Notes under the pieces: model-generated
What the model was told of the DNA's origin: nothing
Seen by the model: the letters and a program-made list of their open reading frames with translations, nothing else
The model's database searches: none
Translations under genes and position numbers: made by a program
Shown here: positions 63,010 through 64,000 of the stretch, piece by piece
Position numbering within the stretch: the first letter of the stretch is position 1
Layout of the letters: each line of letters opens with the position of its first letter
Assembly (NCBI GenBank): GCA_964247055.1
Contig: OZ176050.1
Span: forward strand, 9,920,001 to 9,984,000
Direction: 5' to 3'
Source: Paragordius varius
Lineage: Eukaryota > Animalia > Nematomorpha
Length of the DNA: 64,000 bases

Positions 63010-63904
63010 TTAAAATTGGTACCATTTTTTATCTTTGTATTTAAGCATAATATCGTGGGCCGTTTTAGAATAATTTTCTGATTGAGCTAACATTTGGGCT
63101 GTTCGTTCATCCAAATGACCAAGTTTTTCTCCTCTTTCACCCAAAGCCTATTATTGAAGTATGGTACCATACAATTCAATAAATTGATTAAATATTATCA
63201 AAATTATAATATATTTTTAGGAATTTTATAATAAAAAACAGGTAAAATCACATTAATTTCAAAACTAATATAGAATTATATAATAAATCCGCAACATACT
63301 GACTATATAAAAATAAGGACCGTGTGCATAAAGTAATATCGGATGTCTTTATGAAATGGTTCACTTGTAAATTTTAAAAAAAATATAAAGCAATTTAAAT
63401 GATTAAATTGGTATAAAATACCCAATTTTTCACATTATTAAATTTACATAATTCAATTCTTTGTAAAAGACCAATTTTAGCCCATCTACTTTACTATTAG
63501 GCACACATTTTTATAAATTAAAAATTATTTTACCAATCTAGCTTTTTGAACTGGTCCAGATGCGGTTGCTTGCGCCTTCAAATTTGCATCTTTCAACAAA
63601 ACGGCTGCTGATCTTTGGGCTTTTCCTGCCCCAGCCTCCCCAACTATCAAATAAATGAATAAAGTAAAAAATAAAGTATAGATAATAAACTTTTTATGTT
63701 TTATCTAATTTAAAACCCTATTTTCGTTCAAAACTAATTAAAAACAGGATTAACATAAAATATGGATATAAATACTTACATAATTCCTCTCTATCAATCG
63801 ATGTATTACGTGATGAAAATAGAGTGGCAAAAAAGCTGGTTTTTGGTGGTTCTGGGGTCTCCATAAATTTGTAAATTTTACATTGCATATCAGGTAGGTG
63901 TTTG
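63010..63904 (-). CDS. STXBP5: Tomosyn / syntaxin-binding protein 5, last three exons (gene continues beyond the window)
   Basis: Exons 63780-63904, 63534-63643, 63010-63147: ETPEPPKTSFFATLF...DREELFGE, ARLALGERGEKLGHLDERTAQML...AHDIMLKYKDKKWYQF*. Confidence 0.93.
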
Positions 63905-63941
63905 CTATGTAGGAGAAATATTGACTTACATTTAAAATATA

Positions 63942-64000
63942 CAGTCATGTATCCTTTATTTTATCAAAAATTTAATTTTTTTTCTTTAAATGGGTATAAA
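63942..64000. mobile_element. Second copy of the 36748 MITE family, cut by the window edge
   Basis: TA|CAGTCATGTATCCTTTATTTTATCAAAAATTTA, identical to the right TIR of 36748-36966. Confidence 0.75.

Noticed and set aside
1-64000. tRNA, rRNA or snRNA genes, and a firm species assignment
   Set aside because: No cloverleaf, rRNA or Sm-site snRNA sequence was recognised. The gene content indicates a bilaterian, but nothing in the window fixes the taxon.

Overview
Very AT-rich, intron-rich eukaryotic DNA from a bilaterian invertebrate (a CCK/sulfakinin-type receptor and tomosyn are present); the species cannot be identified from the sequence alone. Host genes reconstructed by hand from splice sites and family motifs: annexin (3' part), RAE1, a REEP/DP1/Yop1 protein, a cholecystokinin/sulfakinin-type GPCR, an intronless secreted Pro/Val/Gln-rich protein with strict 12-residue periodicity, C11orf54 (DUF1907), MRPS25, BOD1L-like, TIPIN/Swi3, NDUFA12 and tomosyn (3' part). 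Mobile DNA: an apparently intact Chapaev3-type DNA transposon (16636-20290), a non-autonomous relative, a full-length but decayed Gypsy LTR element (53538-58101), RTE-type LINE fragments, two related foldback elements built from 21-bp repeats, and several MITEs. The main result is a distinct class of 21-30 nt spliceosomal micro-introns: 14 of about 59 introns I could model, 13 of them 21-26 nt, one GC-AG. Their removal restores reading frames or gap-free homology in seven genes, including the transposase. They coexist with ordinary introns of 61 nt to about 3 kb, with none seen between 31 and 60 nt. All homology calls come from recognising motifs by eye; no database search was run.
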